DNA of 64,000 bases from Mobula hypostoma (taxonomy: Eukaryota), in NCBI RefSeq assembly GCF_963921235.1, contig NC_086108.1:107634001-107698000 (forward strand), written 5' to 3'. The translations under genes and the position numbers were made by a program. The notes under the pieces were generated by a model. It was not told where the DNA came from. It searched no databases and saw only the letters and a list, made by a program, of their open reading frames with translations. Numbering within the stretch: the first letter of the stretch is position 1; every line of letters begins with the position of its first letter. Positions 1-13,260 of the stretch are shown piece after piece.

Positions 1-696
1 CTTGCTAACAGACAACACTGGAATTGAACTCTGAATTCTTAAGCCCAAAGCTGTAATATCATTGCGCTAACTACTGTGCTACCATGGTGCCCTAACCTAA
101 AAGCATTACCCTCTCGTACTTGACCTTTCTACCCTGAGGAATAGATTCTGACTATCTGTCTCCTGCAAAAACCATTGCAATTCTACACTGTCAGACTCAG
201 GGGTGTGGGGCATTTGAACTAATAACTGACAGCAAGGTGAAGGCGTTAATATTTAATCAGAAATGCAATACAACCACTTTCCACCTCACAGATGCTTTGT
301 GCAAGAATGGCCAAGCCACAAGCAGTGAGAACCATGCAGTGAGGCAGATTGTCTTGGTCGCTAAGTTGCAGGAAGTGTACCTTAAATCAAACCAATTTAG
401 ACTTCCTGAAACCACTAGACATCAGAGTCAGGAAAGCAATTTGGGCTCTGACAGAGGCTCAGGATCAGTTTCTGCTGTTATGTCGTTGTGAAGAAAGAGG
501 CCTGGTAAAATATCGGGTCGGTGATGCGATGAAAAAAATCAGTGCTATGATTCCAGTTCCTGAACATTGTACCTCCCCAGGCTGAACAGAACAGTGACAA
601 GTTTCTAATTTCATAAAGCCAGAAATAATGAACATCAGGTCAAGCAGTGCCCATTCAAAGTTCAAAGTAAATTTATTATCGAAGTTTGTGTATGTT

Positions 697-1005
697 GTGG
701 GCACGTTGCCAAGTGGTTAAGGCATTCGGCTAGTGATCTGAAGGTCGTGAGTTCGAGCCCCAGCCAAGGCAGCGTGTTGTGTCTTTGAGCAAGGCACTTA
801 ATCACACAGTGCTCTGCGACGACACTGGTGCCAAGCTGTATCGGCCCTTGCCCTTCCCTTGGACAACATCACTGTCGTGGAGAGGGGAGACCTGCAGCAT
901 GGGCAACTGCTGGTCTTCCATACAACCTTGCCCAGGCCTGCGCCCTGGAGAGTGAAGACTTTCCAGGTGCAGATCCATTGTCTTGCAAGACTAGCAGATG
1001 CCTTA
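697..1005 (+). mobile_element. tRNA-derived SINE (tRNA head + CORE-like domain + RTE-related body)
   Basis: A-box-like TTGCCAAGTGG and B-box GTTCGAGCC; CORE-like GTGTCTTTGAGCAAGGCACTTAA; 11-bp TSD TTGTGTATGTT (686-696 / 1006-1016). Confidence 0.85.
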
Positions 1006-1952
1006 TTGTGTATGTTAACATATACTAAACTGAGATACGTTTTCTTGAAGGCGTACACAGGAAAATAAAGAAATACAGTAGAGTTTATGAAAAACTATAC
1101 ATAACAAAACCTGGCAAACATCCAATTTGCAAAAGAGGACAAATTATGTCAATAATAAATAAAAATGTAAGTAAGTAAAATTGAGAACATGGGTTGAATG
1201 CTCCTTGAAAGGTAATGTTGTCATCAGGTAGAAGGCACAGGACCCTCACGACTCATACCACCAGGTTCAGGAACAGTGATTAAACCTCAACCATCTGGCT
1301 CTTGAACCAAAGGGGATAACTTCACTCAACTTCACTTGCCCTGTCATTGAAATGTACCTACAACCAATGGACTCACTTTCAAAAACTCCTCATCACATGT
1401 TCTTGATATGAATGTTTTATTTATTATATTATTTCTTATTTTTTGTATTTGCACAGTTTATTGTCTCCTGCACTCTAACTGAATGCCCAAGTTGGTGGTC
1501 ATTCATCGATTCTGTCGTGGTTATTAATCTGTAGGTTCACTGAGTATGCCATAAGGAAAGGAATCTCAGGGTTGTATATGGTGACATACATGTATTTTGA
1601 TTAAAAAAAATTATTTTGACCTTTGTGAAATCAGCTCAGAGTTGAAGTGAGTGAAGTTATCCATGCTGGTTCAGGAGCCTGATGGTTGTAGGGAGCTAAG
1701 GCTCCTGTACCTCTCTCTGACACAGTATTTCTAGTGCGATCACTCGAGTCAAGTATGATGTTCTCCTTAGGAGCTGTCTATTGGTGGGTCCTCAGGTGGC
1801 TGTAGAGGCCAGTCTGGGATCTACATAACAGGATGTTGGGGTGGATTTCCTTTGCGGAGAACACTGTGGATCACTCTGTTTAACGTGGGGAGGCTGATGC
1901 ATAGGCAACCATCACATGGTCCTTGACAGATTGGGATCAGGGTCTAATGGCT

Positions 1953-3640
1953 TAGAAACATAGAAACATAGAAAATAGCTGCAGGAGTAGGCCATTCGGC
2001 CCTTTGAGCCTGCATCGCCAGTCAGTAAGATCATGGCTGATCATCCAACTCAGAACCCTGTACCTGCCTTCTCTCCATACCCCCGATCCCTTTAGCCACA
2101 AGGGCCATATCTAACTCCCTCTTAAATATAGCCAATGAACTGGCCTCAAATGTTTCCTGTGGCAGAGAATTCCACGGATTAACCACTCTGTGTGAAGAAG
2201 TTTTTCCTAATCTCGGTCCTAAAATCCCTTTATCCTCAAACTGTGACCCCTCATTCTGGACTTCCCCAACATCGGGAACAATCTTCCTGCATCTAGCCTG
2301 TCCAATCCCTTTAGGATTTTATATGTTTCAATAAGATCCCCCCTCAATCTTCTAAATTCCAACGAGTATAAGCCTAGCTGATCCAGTCTTTCATCATATG
2401 AAAGTCCTGCCATCCTAGGAATTAATCTGGTGAACCTTCTTTGTACTCCCTGTATGGCAAGGATGTCTTTCCTCAGATTAGGGGACCAAAACTGCACACA
2501 ATACTCCAGGTGTGGTCTCACCAAGGCCTTGTACAACTGCAGTAGTACCTCCCTGCTCCTGTACTCGAATCCTCTTGCTATGAATGCCAGCATACCATTC
2601 GCCTTTTTCACCGCCTGCTGTACCTGAATGCCCACTTTCAATGACTGGTGTATAATGACACCCAGGTCTCGTTGCACCTCCCTTTTTCCTAATCAGCCAC
2701 CATTCAGATAATAATCTGTTTTCCTGTTTTTGCCACCAAAGTGGATAACCTCATATTTATCCATATTAAATTGCATCTGCCATGAATTTGTCCACTCACC
2801 TAACCTATCCAGGTCACCCTGCATCCTCTTAGCATTCTCCTCACAGCTAACACTGCCGCCCAGCTTCGTGTCATCCGCAAACTTGGAGATGCTGCATTTA
2901 ATTCCCTCATCCAAGTCATTAATATATATTGTAAACAACTGGGGTCCCAGCACTGAGCCTTGCGGTACCCCACTAGTCATTGCCTGCCATTCTGAAAAGG
3001 TCCCGTTTATTCCCACTCTTTGCTTCCTGTCTGCCAACCAATTCTCTATCCACATCAATATCATACCCCCAATACCGTGTGCTTTAAGTTTGCACACTAA
3101 TCTCCTGTGTGGGACCTTGTCAAAAGGCTTTTGAAAATCCAAATATACCACATCCACTCCCCTATCCACTCTGCTAGTTACATCCTCAAAAAATTCTATG
3201 AGATTCGTCAGACATGATTTTCCTTTCAGAAATCCATGCTGACTTTGTCCGATGATTTCACCGCTTTCCAAATGTGCTGTTATCACATCCTTGATAACTG
3301 ACTCCAGCAGTTTCCCCACCACCGACGTTAGGCTAACCGGTCTATAATTCCCCGGTTTCTCTCTCCCTCCTTTTTTAACAAGCGGGGTTACATTAACCAC
3401 CCTCCAATCCTCAGGAGCTAGTCTTTAGAATCTAAAGAGTTTTGAAAAATTATCACTAATGCATCCACTATTTCTTGGACTACTTCCTTAAGCACTCTGG
3501 GATGCAGACCATCTGGCCCTGGGGATTTATCTGCCTTCAATCCCTTCAATTTACCTAGCACCACTTCCCTACTAACATGCATTTCCTTCAGTTCCTCCAT
3601 CTCACTGGACCCTCTGTCCCCTACTATTTCTGGAAGATTG
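1953..3640 (-). mobile_element. CR1 (HER1-like) LINE, 5'-truncated, RT region with frameshifts
   Basis: ORFs 2693-3400 and 2219-2677 contain NYRPVSLTS, YLDFQKPFDKVPH, GVPQGSVLGP, KFADDTK and VRPHLEYCVQFWSP; (TTTCTATG)n tail near 1955-1975. Confidence 0.95.
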
Positions 3641-4009
3641 AAATGCAAGATGACCGGGGACCCTTCACTGCTGCAGACTTCCTCTGCCTGCACTGCCGTA
3701 GTGGTGTGTCTTTAGCTGGAGCCTCCCCCTTGACCTTGCCATCATGCGTGACCCTGCCAGGAGCTAAGGTCCAGATGGCTAAGCTCCAGACAGCATCATT
3801 ATTGGGATCTCAGGAACGCATTAGTCTCTCCACCACAACAAGGTGATGATCCTCAGGGAAGAGAGCATGTCCTGTATCATGGGGGTTCTTAATGATGGCA
3901 GACTCCATGTAAATGTGCTTAATGATGGGGAAAACCTTGGGCTTGGTCCGTAGAAGAAGAGCTGGAGTTGTGGGTTCAGCTGAGGGGTCTTCACCCTGAG
4001 ACGTTAATA

Positions 4010-4645
4010 CTGATCTAATTTTCCTCTCAGCCCCAAAATCCTGCCTTCTCCCCGTATCCCTTCATGCTCTGATCAATCAAGAACCTATCAATGTTTGCCT
4101 TAAATATACATACATCTTGGCTTCCACAGCTACCTGTGGCAATGAATTCCACAGATTCACCACTCTCTGTCTAAGGAAATTCCTCCTCATCTGCCTTTTA
4201 AGAGGATGCCCTGCTGTTCCGAGACCGTGTCCTCTGGTCTTAGACACTCCAACCAGAGGAGCTATCCTCCCCACATCCACTCTTCTGAGGCCTTTCACTA
4301 TTCAATACGTTTCAATGAGGTCACCCCTCATTCTTGGTGAATTCCAGTGAACACACACCCAGAGCCATCAAATGCTGTTCAAACAAGTTGTTCAAACCTG
4401 GAATCATTTTCATGAACGTCCTTTCAACTCTCTCCAGTTTCGACACATTCTTTCTAAGATAAGGGGTTCAAAACAGTTCCCAGTACATCCTTATCTTTAT
4501 ATTCTCGCCCTCTTGAAATAAATGCTGACGTTGCATTTGCCTTCCACACCACAGACTCAACCTGCAAATTAATCTTTAGGGAATCCTGCACAAGGACTCC
4601 CAAGTCCCTTTACGCCTCAGCTTTTGGTATTTTCTCTCCACTTAC
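4010..4645 (-). mobile_element. degenerate CR1 LINE 3' fragment
   Basis: translation RRNFLRQRVVNLWNSLPQ; similarity to the CR1 at 1953-3640. Confidence 0.85.
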
Positions 4646-5532
4646 TGTGATAAAGACATAGAAATTAGCTTTATTTGTCACAGGTACATTGAAGCTTATG
4701 TGAAATGTGCCATTTGTGTTAAAATACCTTGGTAATGTGAGCGGTCAGAGGAGAATGGCCAGACTGATTGAAGCTGCGAGGAAGGTGACAGTAACTCAAA
4801 TAACCACGTGTTAGAAGATTGGTGTGCAGAACAGCATCTCTGAATGGACCTTATTAGGTATAGGAGATACTTAATAAAGTCAGCTCTGAGTGTATGCACA
4901 GGTATAAAGGAAAACTTTATTGCAGGATAATCACAGGCACATCACATTACATAAGCAGAATTGAAAAGGAAAACACAGATAAAACATTTTTTGCAAAAAG
5001 ACTCAGCATTTTATAAACCTGAGATTCTGCAGATGCAGGAAATCTTGAGCAATATGCACATAATGCTGGAGGAACTGAGCAGGTCTGATAGCACCCATGT
5101 AGGGGAAAATACTGTCAACGTTTCAGGTTGAGACACCCCATCGGGACCAGCAACCATTTTATGCACTGTATCCTTCCCAATGGCAGCAGCGAGCAGAAAG
5201 CACATCCTGTATGATGGGGGTCCTTGATGATGGCTGCTGCTTTCTTGTGGCAGTGCTCCTTGTAGACCTGTTCACTGCGATATGAAATCCCACACAGAAG
5301 GGTGTGTGTGTGGAATGGGCTGGCGGCAGTGGAGGTGCAGGCGGAAACGATAGCGTCTTTTAAGAGACTCTTGGATAGGTACATGGAGCTTTGAAAAATA
5401 GAGGGCTGTGGGTAAGCTGAGGTAGTTCTAAGGTAGGGACATGTTCGGCACAGCTTTGTAGGCCGGAGGGCCTGTATTGTGCTGTAGGTTTTCTATGTTT
5501 ATGCTGTACGAAACCAGTTACATTAGTAATCA

Positions 5533-5741
5533 CGAGGAATTCTGCAGATGCTGGAAATTCAAGCAACACACATCAAAGTTGCTGGTGAATGCAGCAGGCC
5601 AGGCAGCATCTCTAGGAAGAGGTACAGTCGACGTTTCGGGCCGAGACCCTTCGAAGGTATCGGCCCGAAACGTCGACTGTACCTCTTCCTAGAGATGCTG
5701 CCTGGCCTGCTGCATTCACCAGCAACTTTGATGTGTGTTGC
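5533..5741. mobile_element. Penelope-like fold-back insertion (about 180-bp palindrome)
   Basis: 5563-5652 is the near-perfect reverse complement of 5653-5741; TSD CATTAGTAATCA (5521-5532 / 5741-5752); same sequence as the 3' end of the GIY-YIG-bearing copy at 56021-57154. Confidence 0.9.
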
Positions 5742-5971
5742 ATTAGTAATCAAATAGCCACCTAAACTAATCCCTTCTGCCTATACAATGTCCATATCCT
5801 TCCATTTTACTCACAATCATGTGCCTATCTAAATATCTCTTAAAAGTCTTCAATGTATCTGCCTCTATCACCCACCCCAGTAGCCACCACTCTCAGGTTA
5901 AAAAAAATTGCCTCTCACATCTCCTTTGAAATTACCCCCTCTCACCTTAAATGCATGCCCTCTGGTATTAG

Positions 5972-6228
5972 GTTGGTGCGTGGCCAAGTGGTTAAGATGT
6001 TCGTCTAGTGATCTGAAGATCACTAGTTCGAGCCTTGGCTGAGGCAGCGTGTGTGTCCTTGAGCAAGGCACCTTACCACACTTTGCTGTGCGATGACACC
6101 GGTGCCAAGCTGTATGGGTCCTAATACCCTTCCCTTGGACAACATTGGTGTCGTGGAGAGGGGAGACTTGCAGCATGGGCAACTGCTGGTCTTCCATAGA
6201 ACCTTGCCCAGGTCCATGGTCTCCATGG
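5972..6228 (+). mobile_element. tRNA-derived SINE, second copy of the 697-1005 family, inserted in a CR1 remnant
   Basis: TGGCCAAGTGG and GTTCGAGCC boxes; 9-bp TSD TGGTATTAG (5963-5971 / 6229-6237). Confidence 0.85.
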
Positions 6229-6451
6229 TGGTATTAGACATTTCAACCCTAGGTAAATGATGCCATCTGTCTAGTGTATCTATGCCTCTGGTAGTCCTAT
6301 AAACTTCTAACAGATCTTCCCTCTGCTTCCGCTGCTCCGGAGAAAACAACCCAAGTTTGTCCAGTCCTCGTTATAGCACATAGGCTGTTGTAAACTTTTT
6401 ACACGGGGCACATCGATTCCTTGCGCCTTTTGGAGCTTTAAATAGTTTGCC

Positions 6452-6995
6452 ACCAGGTTTGAAGGCAGCCGTTGATCCCAGGGGATCATGGGTTTGTGCC
6501 TCTGGTGAATTGTGTCCCCTCCAGGGCGTAAGCCTGGGTGGGATGATTTGAAGAAACAGCTGTTGCCCATGCAAGGGGCTCCCCCTCTCCACGTCACTGA
6601 TGTCATGAGAGGGAAGGGCAAGGGCCGATACAGCTTGGCACCAGTGTCGTCGCAGAGGTTGCCAGAGTGAAGTTGTAAACAACATCAAACTGTCTTAGGG
6701 ACCCCGGCTCCGGATTTCTTCCTCGGGAGGAAGCAAGGAAACGGAGGTCTAACATCAGAGTTTTCCTTCTCCTAGGCGGGCTGCCGTCCAAGGCTGACAA
6801 GCCCCACCTGCCCGAAGCAGCTGGTGTTGAGGCACCAGTGGGCCACCTTGGCCCCTCCTCTTGTCAGTACAAACAGTTCTGCCGGGCCTAGTAGATAAGC
6901 CACATATGAAGGCCAAGAGTTGAACCTGGTTGTCAGAGGCTGTTAGAGTCACACTCCATTTGTGTGGGGATGGGAGCTTATCCCCATGACCACCT
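6452..6995 (-). mobile_element. non-autonomous RTE-derived element
   Basis: RTE-type 5'-UTR motif AGCCTTGGACGGCAGCCCGCCTAGGAGAAGGAAAACTCTGA on the minus strand; 6520-6660 matches the SINE body at about 812-950. Confidence 0.65.
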
Positions 6996-8541
6996 TAGGA
7001 ACCTGCCACCAGATTACTGCAGTCTGAACTACAGCAGGAGAGGGCGGTAATCATCAGAGTGGTTGAAAATGTCATGTTCGGCGTTCACAGGTAGATGGTA
7101 AATCACCCACAGCCTGATTTCAACCTCAGCAAGACAAATCGTCCTGCTGGATATTTATCACAAAACCAATAACGCTGCAGAATAAAATGGATGATCCAAT
7201 CATTATCACAGGCATTTTTTGGGGGAATCTTGCTATGGCTCAGTTGATTCGTCCCATTTGATGACTAATTTAATGGGTTTAGCACAGCATTGTGGGCCAA
7301 GGGGTCTGTCCCTTACTGTACTGTTCTATCTTTGCTGTTTTCTATGGACTCAACTTCAAGGACTCTTCATCTCATGTTTTCGATATCAATTGCTTATCTA
7401 TTATTATTGATTTTTTTCATTACTTCATTTGCATTTGCTCTGTTTGTTATCTTTTGCACATCGTTTATTTGTCCGTCCTGTTGGATGTAGTCTTTCAGTG
7501 ATTCTATTCTGTTTCTTGTATTTACTATGAATGCCCACAAACATTCATTTCAGGTTTGTATATTCTGACATGTACTTCGATAATAAATTTACTTGAATTG
7601 GAGTGTCTGTGCTCCCTGAAGTACTTCATTGATAAGTCTGCAATCAGGAGAAGTGTCCACATACAGAATAAATTCACATTTTGCCCCTTCAGATGAAGCA
7701 AAAAAAAATCGAGTGAATGCCTTGCACTAGAAATTGCACTGTATGCTATTGACATGAGAGGCATCACACTTGTTAAGGCCCTTGTTAGAGGTGTAGGTGA
7801 TGTAAATATGTGCAAGTTTAAGCATTTCTACATTGATGTGGTACCGTGCAATCTGAAAATCATAACGCTGAATTATGTTTTAGGTTTAATGGATTTCTTT
7901 TTATTCAAACTGATTGGCAAATGAATTTGCAGAACATAATAGCCTGAATGTTGGTTGAATGAGCCGTCTAGGCTCTTGAATTGAGAAGAATAGGAGGTAA
8001 TTTCATTGGGAGAGAGAAAATTCTTAAGTGGCTGAAGAAGGGAGATGTCAAGCTGATGTTATTCGTGGCTGTGTTAGCTAAAACCAGCGTTTATAGTTTC
8101 AGAAAGAGTCACCCGTTCGTAGAGCTCAGGGTGGGAGCCCCTGCCTTAACTTTTCACGTCCTTACTAATCAGGAGCCTCTCAATCTCCACTTTAAATATA
8201 CTCAGTGACTTAGCCTGCACAGCTGTCTGTGGCACAGATTCATCAATCTCTGGCTGAAGAAATTCCTCCTCGTCTCTGTTCCAAAGGGACGTCCTCCCAT
8301 GCTGAGGCTGTGTCCTCTGGTCCTAGACTCCCCCACCGTAGGAAACATCCACTCCATGCCAAACAAAACCAATCTATCTGACTTCACATGATCCCTAATG
8401 TTCATCTGCTTGCCTGAATGTCTCTTAAAAAACAGAATCAGTTTTAATATCACCAGCATATGTCATGAAGTTTGTTGTCTTTGCAGCAATATATAATAAA
8501 GAAAAAGAAACTATGAATTATAGCAAGTTTATATATATATA

Positions 8542-9228
8542 TGTAGCCCCCCTGGCCACCCTCAGGGTCGCTCGGCTCACTGTCGTCTAGGGAAACAGCC
8601 TCGGCCCCGCCAAACTGGGTAATAGTTTGCATGGACGCTGTGTGATGTACCCCACCCCGCCCGAATAACAGACAATTCACCTGATACGATTAAATGATTT
8701 ACAGTTTATAGATATTACTGGAACTATATAATTAATAGAGAATAAAATATAAAAGGAAGATAAAAGGCGCCACACTTATCGAAGTTCAATCTCTTTGTGC
8801 ACTAAACAGTTGGAGCTCAAGAACCTTCTTCTTCACCCTGCGACCCCTCGGACCACCTCGACCGGCCGCCTGGGACCAACAACGGTGGTCGACCAGACGC
8901 TCCACACAAGTCTGTCTCCGTCTCCTCACCGAATGCCCCGCTCGGGGTCCAGCCCCGTTAGCGGACATCACAGCACCTGGTCCATTCTCTGTCTCTCTCT
9001 CCCGCCTTCTACCTCAAAACCCCGCGCATACAAATCTTCCAGATACACCAAAAACATAACAACTATCCCAATTGATTCGTAACATCCTCTTATCACCCCT
9101 TAACCCACAACAAGCTGCTAGCGCAAAGCTTTCTCAGCATTTAACATAACAAAGAAGTATTCCCGATTATAACATAACAAAGAAGCCATTTTAAATTTAA
9201 CATACAAAAAAAAAGAAAGACCCCTTAC

Positions 9229-9229
<1 letters not shown>
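8542..9229. mobile_element. solo LTR (Gypsy-like) inserted in a TA microsatellite
   Basis: TGTA...TACA termini, about 690 bp, (TA)n on both sides, interrupts an older Rex1-type 3' remnant. Confidence 0.7.

Positions 9230-9275
<46 letters not shown>
9230..9275. repeat. (TA)n(TG)n microsatellite
   Basis: direct inspection. Confidence 0.95.
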
Positions 9276-9277
<2 letters not shown>

Positions 9278-9964
9278 AAATTAAATAAATAGTGCAAAAA
9301 TCAAAATAAAAAAATAGTGTGGTAGTGTTTATGGGTTCAATGTCCATTCAGAAATTAGGTGGCAGAGGGGAAGAAGCTATGCCTGAATTGTAGAGTGTGT
9401 GCCTTCAGCCTTCTGAACCTCCTTCCTGATGGTAACAATGAGAAGAGGGCATGTCCTGGTGGTGGAGGACCTTATTGATGGATGACATTTTTTTGAGGCA
9501 TCACCCCTTGAAGATGTCCTGGACACTACGGATACCAATGCCCATGATGGAGCTGACTAGCTACGTTTACAACTCTCTGGAGCTTATTTTGATCCTGTGC
9601 AGTAGCCACCCCACCTCCCCTGCCCTTCCCATACCTGATTCAGCAAGTTAGAATGCTCTCCATGGTACATTGTAGAAATTTGCGAGTGTCTTTGCTGGCG
9701 TACCAAATTTCCTCATACTCGTAATGGAATATAGTCACCGTCATGCCTTCTTTGTAGTTGCATGAATATGTTGGGTCCAGGATAGATCCTCTGAGATATT
9801 GACAATCAGGAACTTGAAGTTGTTCACCCTTTCCACTTCTGGTCCCGCTAAGAGGACTGGTGTGTGTTTCCTGATCTTAACCTTTCTGAATTATGCTTCC
9901 ACTCCTCCCCTGGCAGCATGTTCCACGTACCTGCCACACTCTGTGGGGAAAAGACCTGCACCAA

Positions 9965-10530
9965 CAAGCCTTACACTGCAGGGTCTTGTGTCTTCAGGAA
10001 TAAAGTGGGATTCGAGCTTTGTCTGTCGTATCTGACGATGACTGGAAACCTGTGCAGGGAAGTTTTCAAAGTGGAAAAGCCACTGCACTGGGGCAGTTCC
10101 ACTTTCTCGACCTTGGAAATCCGGGTCCAACGGTACAAGTAGTTGTCGCAACTGGGACGTTCCTTGGTTGCTGTGGATGACCTTGACTGCTTCTGTGCCT
10201 CAGCATGCCATTTGTTCTTCAGGGAGCATTGCAGAACCATCTTCCTAGTCTTTGGATCTCCCTGTTGATTGCATCCACCCGGCCCGCCAGAACTGACGTT
10301 GCATCCTAGGACAGGCGTGTCCCTATCTCACGGGGTATGAGGCCCGCTGGCTATTCTCGCCTGGTTTAACACCACCAGTCAAAGCTGTGTGCTAGGGTGT
10401 GGCTGCTGTCACATGCAAATCGCTACTTGGAGCCACAGGTGAGAGCTGTGGACCAAAAATGAATACTGCCCAAGGTGGACACGACAAGCCCCTTCACCAG
10501 AGGTGCTACCGCTCCCTGGACACCTCATAC
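9965..10530 (-). mobile_element. RTE-type 5'-UTR-derived repeat
   Basis: motif GGGGTATGAGGCCCGCTGGCTATTCTCGCCTGGTTTAACC resembles RTE-clade 5' UTRs; no ORF. Confidence 0.45.
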
Positions 10531-10539
10531 ACCCCAGGA

Positions 10540-11090
10540 ATTCTGAAATGTTTGCTTTGCTACCGCTGCTACTGTGTGGTAACCGGAATCTCTGGAGCTG
10601 AAGGCCTCGAAATCCTTGGCTTTGTGTGTTTCCGCGGCCGGGGAGAGGTCGAAGGCGCTCGGCAGAGGATGGCGCTCGGGAGGCTGTATCGGAGAGGCTG
10701 CTCGGAAGCTCGGAGTTTTCAGACGGATGGACTCCATGTCGGCTGTGATTGGCTGCTTCCAAGGTATCGGCAAGTTGACGGTGCCTGGGGGTTTATGGCA
10801 GGGAGTTTCTCCCTTTTGCCGCCTGCTATCGGGGACTCGGGAGTCGATCGACTCGGAACTTTGAGACTATTTTTTTTACTGTGCCTATGGACTGTTCTTC
10901 ATCAAATTATGGTATTGATTTGCACTGCTGCAACTATATGTTATAATTATGTGGTTTTGTCAGTGTTGGTCTTTGGTCTGTCTTGTTTTCTGTGATATCA
11001 CTCCGGAGAAACATTGAATCATTTGTAATGCATGTATGCATTTCTAACTGACAATAAAAGAGGACTGAGTGTTCTCATAATCTAAAAAAT
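10540..11090 (+). mobile_element. non-autonomous LINE derivative (Rex1/L2-type ends)
   Basis: GC-rich head and AT-rich tail ending GACAATAAAAGAGGACT...CATAATCTAAAA; paralogous to 19657-20290. Confidence 0.7.
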
Positions 11091-11544
11091 TAGTGTAAGT
11101 AGGTGCTTATTGGTTGATGCTTTTTGTTGAACCAAAGGGCCTGTGTCCATTTTGTACAACCATGACAGGATGGTGACAAAGGCATTTAGCACGCTGGAAT
11201 TCATCAGTCATTTAAGTCTTTATCTTCAACTTGTAGAAGGTGGTGAGGCTGCACTGTTGTGTATGGCATTGGTTACCTTTTTATACGAAAGATGTGGCTG
11301 TATTGGAGAGAATGCGGTAAAGATTTCTGAGGATGTTGCCAGGACGGAGGGGTCTGAGTTATAGGGAGAGGTCTTTATTCATTAGAAGATAGGAGAATGA
11401 GAGGCAACCTTATGGAAGTGTTTTATATTATAAGAGGCAGAGATACGGTAGATGGTAACAGTCTTTTCCCAAGGGTAGGGGAGTCCATAACTAGGAGGCA
11501 TACCTTTCCAGTGAGAAGGGAAAGATTTGTTTATGTATTTATTG

Positions 11545-11815
11545 AGATACAGCGTTGAATAGACCCTTCTAGCCCTTCAAGTTATGCTGCTCAGCAACCT
11601 TCGATTTCACCCTAGCCTAATCACAGGACAATTTACAATGACCAATTAACCTACCAACCAGTATGTCTTTGGACTGTGGGAGGAAACCAGAGCACCTGGA
11701 GGAAACCCATGCGATCACAGTGAGAACGTACAAACTCCTTACAGGCGGCGGTGGGAATTGAACCCAGGTCGCTGGGGCTATAAAGCTTTGTGCTAGCCAC
11801 TAGGGCACTCTGTCG
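11545..11815 (-). mobile_element. HE1/V-SINE
   Basis: V-domain (reverse complement of TTTGGACTGTGGGAGGAAACCAGAGCACCTGGAGGAAACCCA) and B-box GGTTCAATTCCC. Confidence 0.85.
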
Positions 11816-13260
11816 CCCTGAGGGGAACCTTTTCATACAGAAGATGGTGAATATATGGAATGAGCTGCCAGAAGAAATGGTTGCAGTTGGTACAATAGTA
11901 TCATTTAGGAAGCACTTTGATAGGTGTACGGAGTGTTGGGGGTTCAAAGGTCAAAATAAATTTATGTCACAATATACAACCCTGACTTTTGTTTTCTTGT
12001 GGGCATACACAATAAATACAAAGAAAAGCAATAGAATCAATGAACGACCGTGCCCAACAGCAACCCACAAGCAAAATGCAATAAGAATGAAACAAAGAAA
12101 TGATAATAATAAATAAATAAACAATAAAAAAAAGTCAAGAACATGAGATGAAAACTCCTTGAAAGTGAGTCAATAGGTTGTGGGAACAGTTCATTGTTAG
12201 GGCAAGTGACGCTGAGTGAAGTTATCCCCTCTTGTTCAAGACCCTGGCGGTTGAGGAGTAATAACTGTTCCTGAGCCTGGTGGTGTGAGCCCTAAGGCCC
12301 TTGTACTTCTTTCCTGCTCTCCTGCAACAGTTGTCCAGTAGATGTGTTCACTGGTGGGGAGAGCTATACCCCTGATGGGTTTGGGGGGACATGGGTCAAA
12401 TGCAGGAAACCATATCTTCTTTCTGCTCTGCTGTGACAGTGCTCCATGTCGATGTGCCCAGTGGTGGTGAGGGCTTTACTCGCAATGGCCTTGGAGGGGC
12501 AGGGGCCAGGTGCAGGAAACTGGGACTTGTTGGTAGTTACCGTGGTTGGCCTTGGCTGAAAGGCCCAGATCTACACTCCATTCCTCTGTAACTCCTGTGA
12601 CTCTAAATTAAGGCACAAGTAGCAAAGGGAAAGCATTAATTCCAAAGAATTAATATTGTATTACAGCTTTATGGTCATAATTTAATCAAATCTAATGACT
12701 GGGCACAGCTTGATCATTTTCGGAGGGAATCACACTTTAAGGCCAGAAATTTGACAGTTTATTCCATTCACACTGCATGAGAAGCTAATGATTTGGTAGC
12801 AGTGTCACGGATATTAGTTTATCAGCACACTGTGGAGGGAAATGGGTCAGAATGATCACGGGCTTTAGAGATCTCCATGCTTGCTGTGGATGTTAGTGGT
12901 GTACGGAACAACTGTCATTTCCATCTCCAGTTCCCACTCAATGAAGTGGGAACCCAAACCCAAAAGATGCTGCATTTTTCCTGAGAGTCGGGAAAACAAA
13001 AAGAATCCCAAAAGAAGCAAGTCTGGAATGAGCTGTTAGAGGAAGTGGTGGGCAGAGATTCAATTGTAACATTTAAGAGAAGTCGATGGGATGTTTGAGC
13101 TGTGCCGAGCCACACAGTTATCCCCGAGGTGCACCGGTGTTGATTGTCAACAAGGAGAAGATGTGATTTCTGATCTGCACTGACTGGTCTAGAGAAGAAG
13201 TTAAGGATCCAATTTCAGAGGGAGGTACAGGGGCCCATGTTTTGAAGCTTGTTGATTAGT

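Noticed and set aside
237..585. short ORFs faintly resembling a REL endonuclease C-terminus
   Set aside because: Catalytic motifs are not recognisable; too weak to call.
697..770. tRNA gene
   Set aside because: The acceptor stem does not pair properly, and the sequence continues into a SINE body with a TSD.
10399..10995. 198-aa ORF
   Set aside because: Spans two unrelated non-coding repeats and shows no domain motifs.
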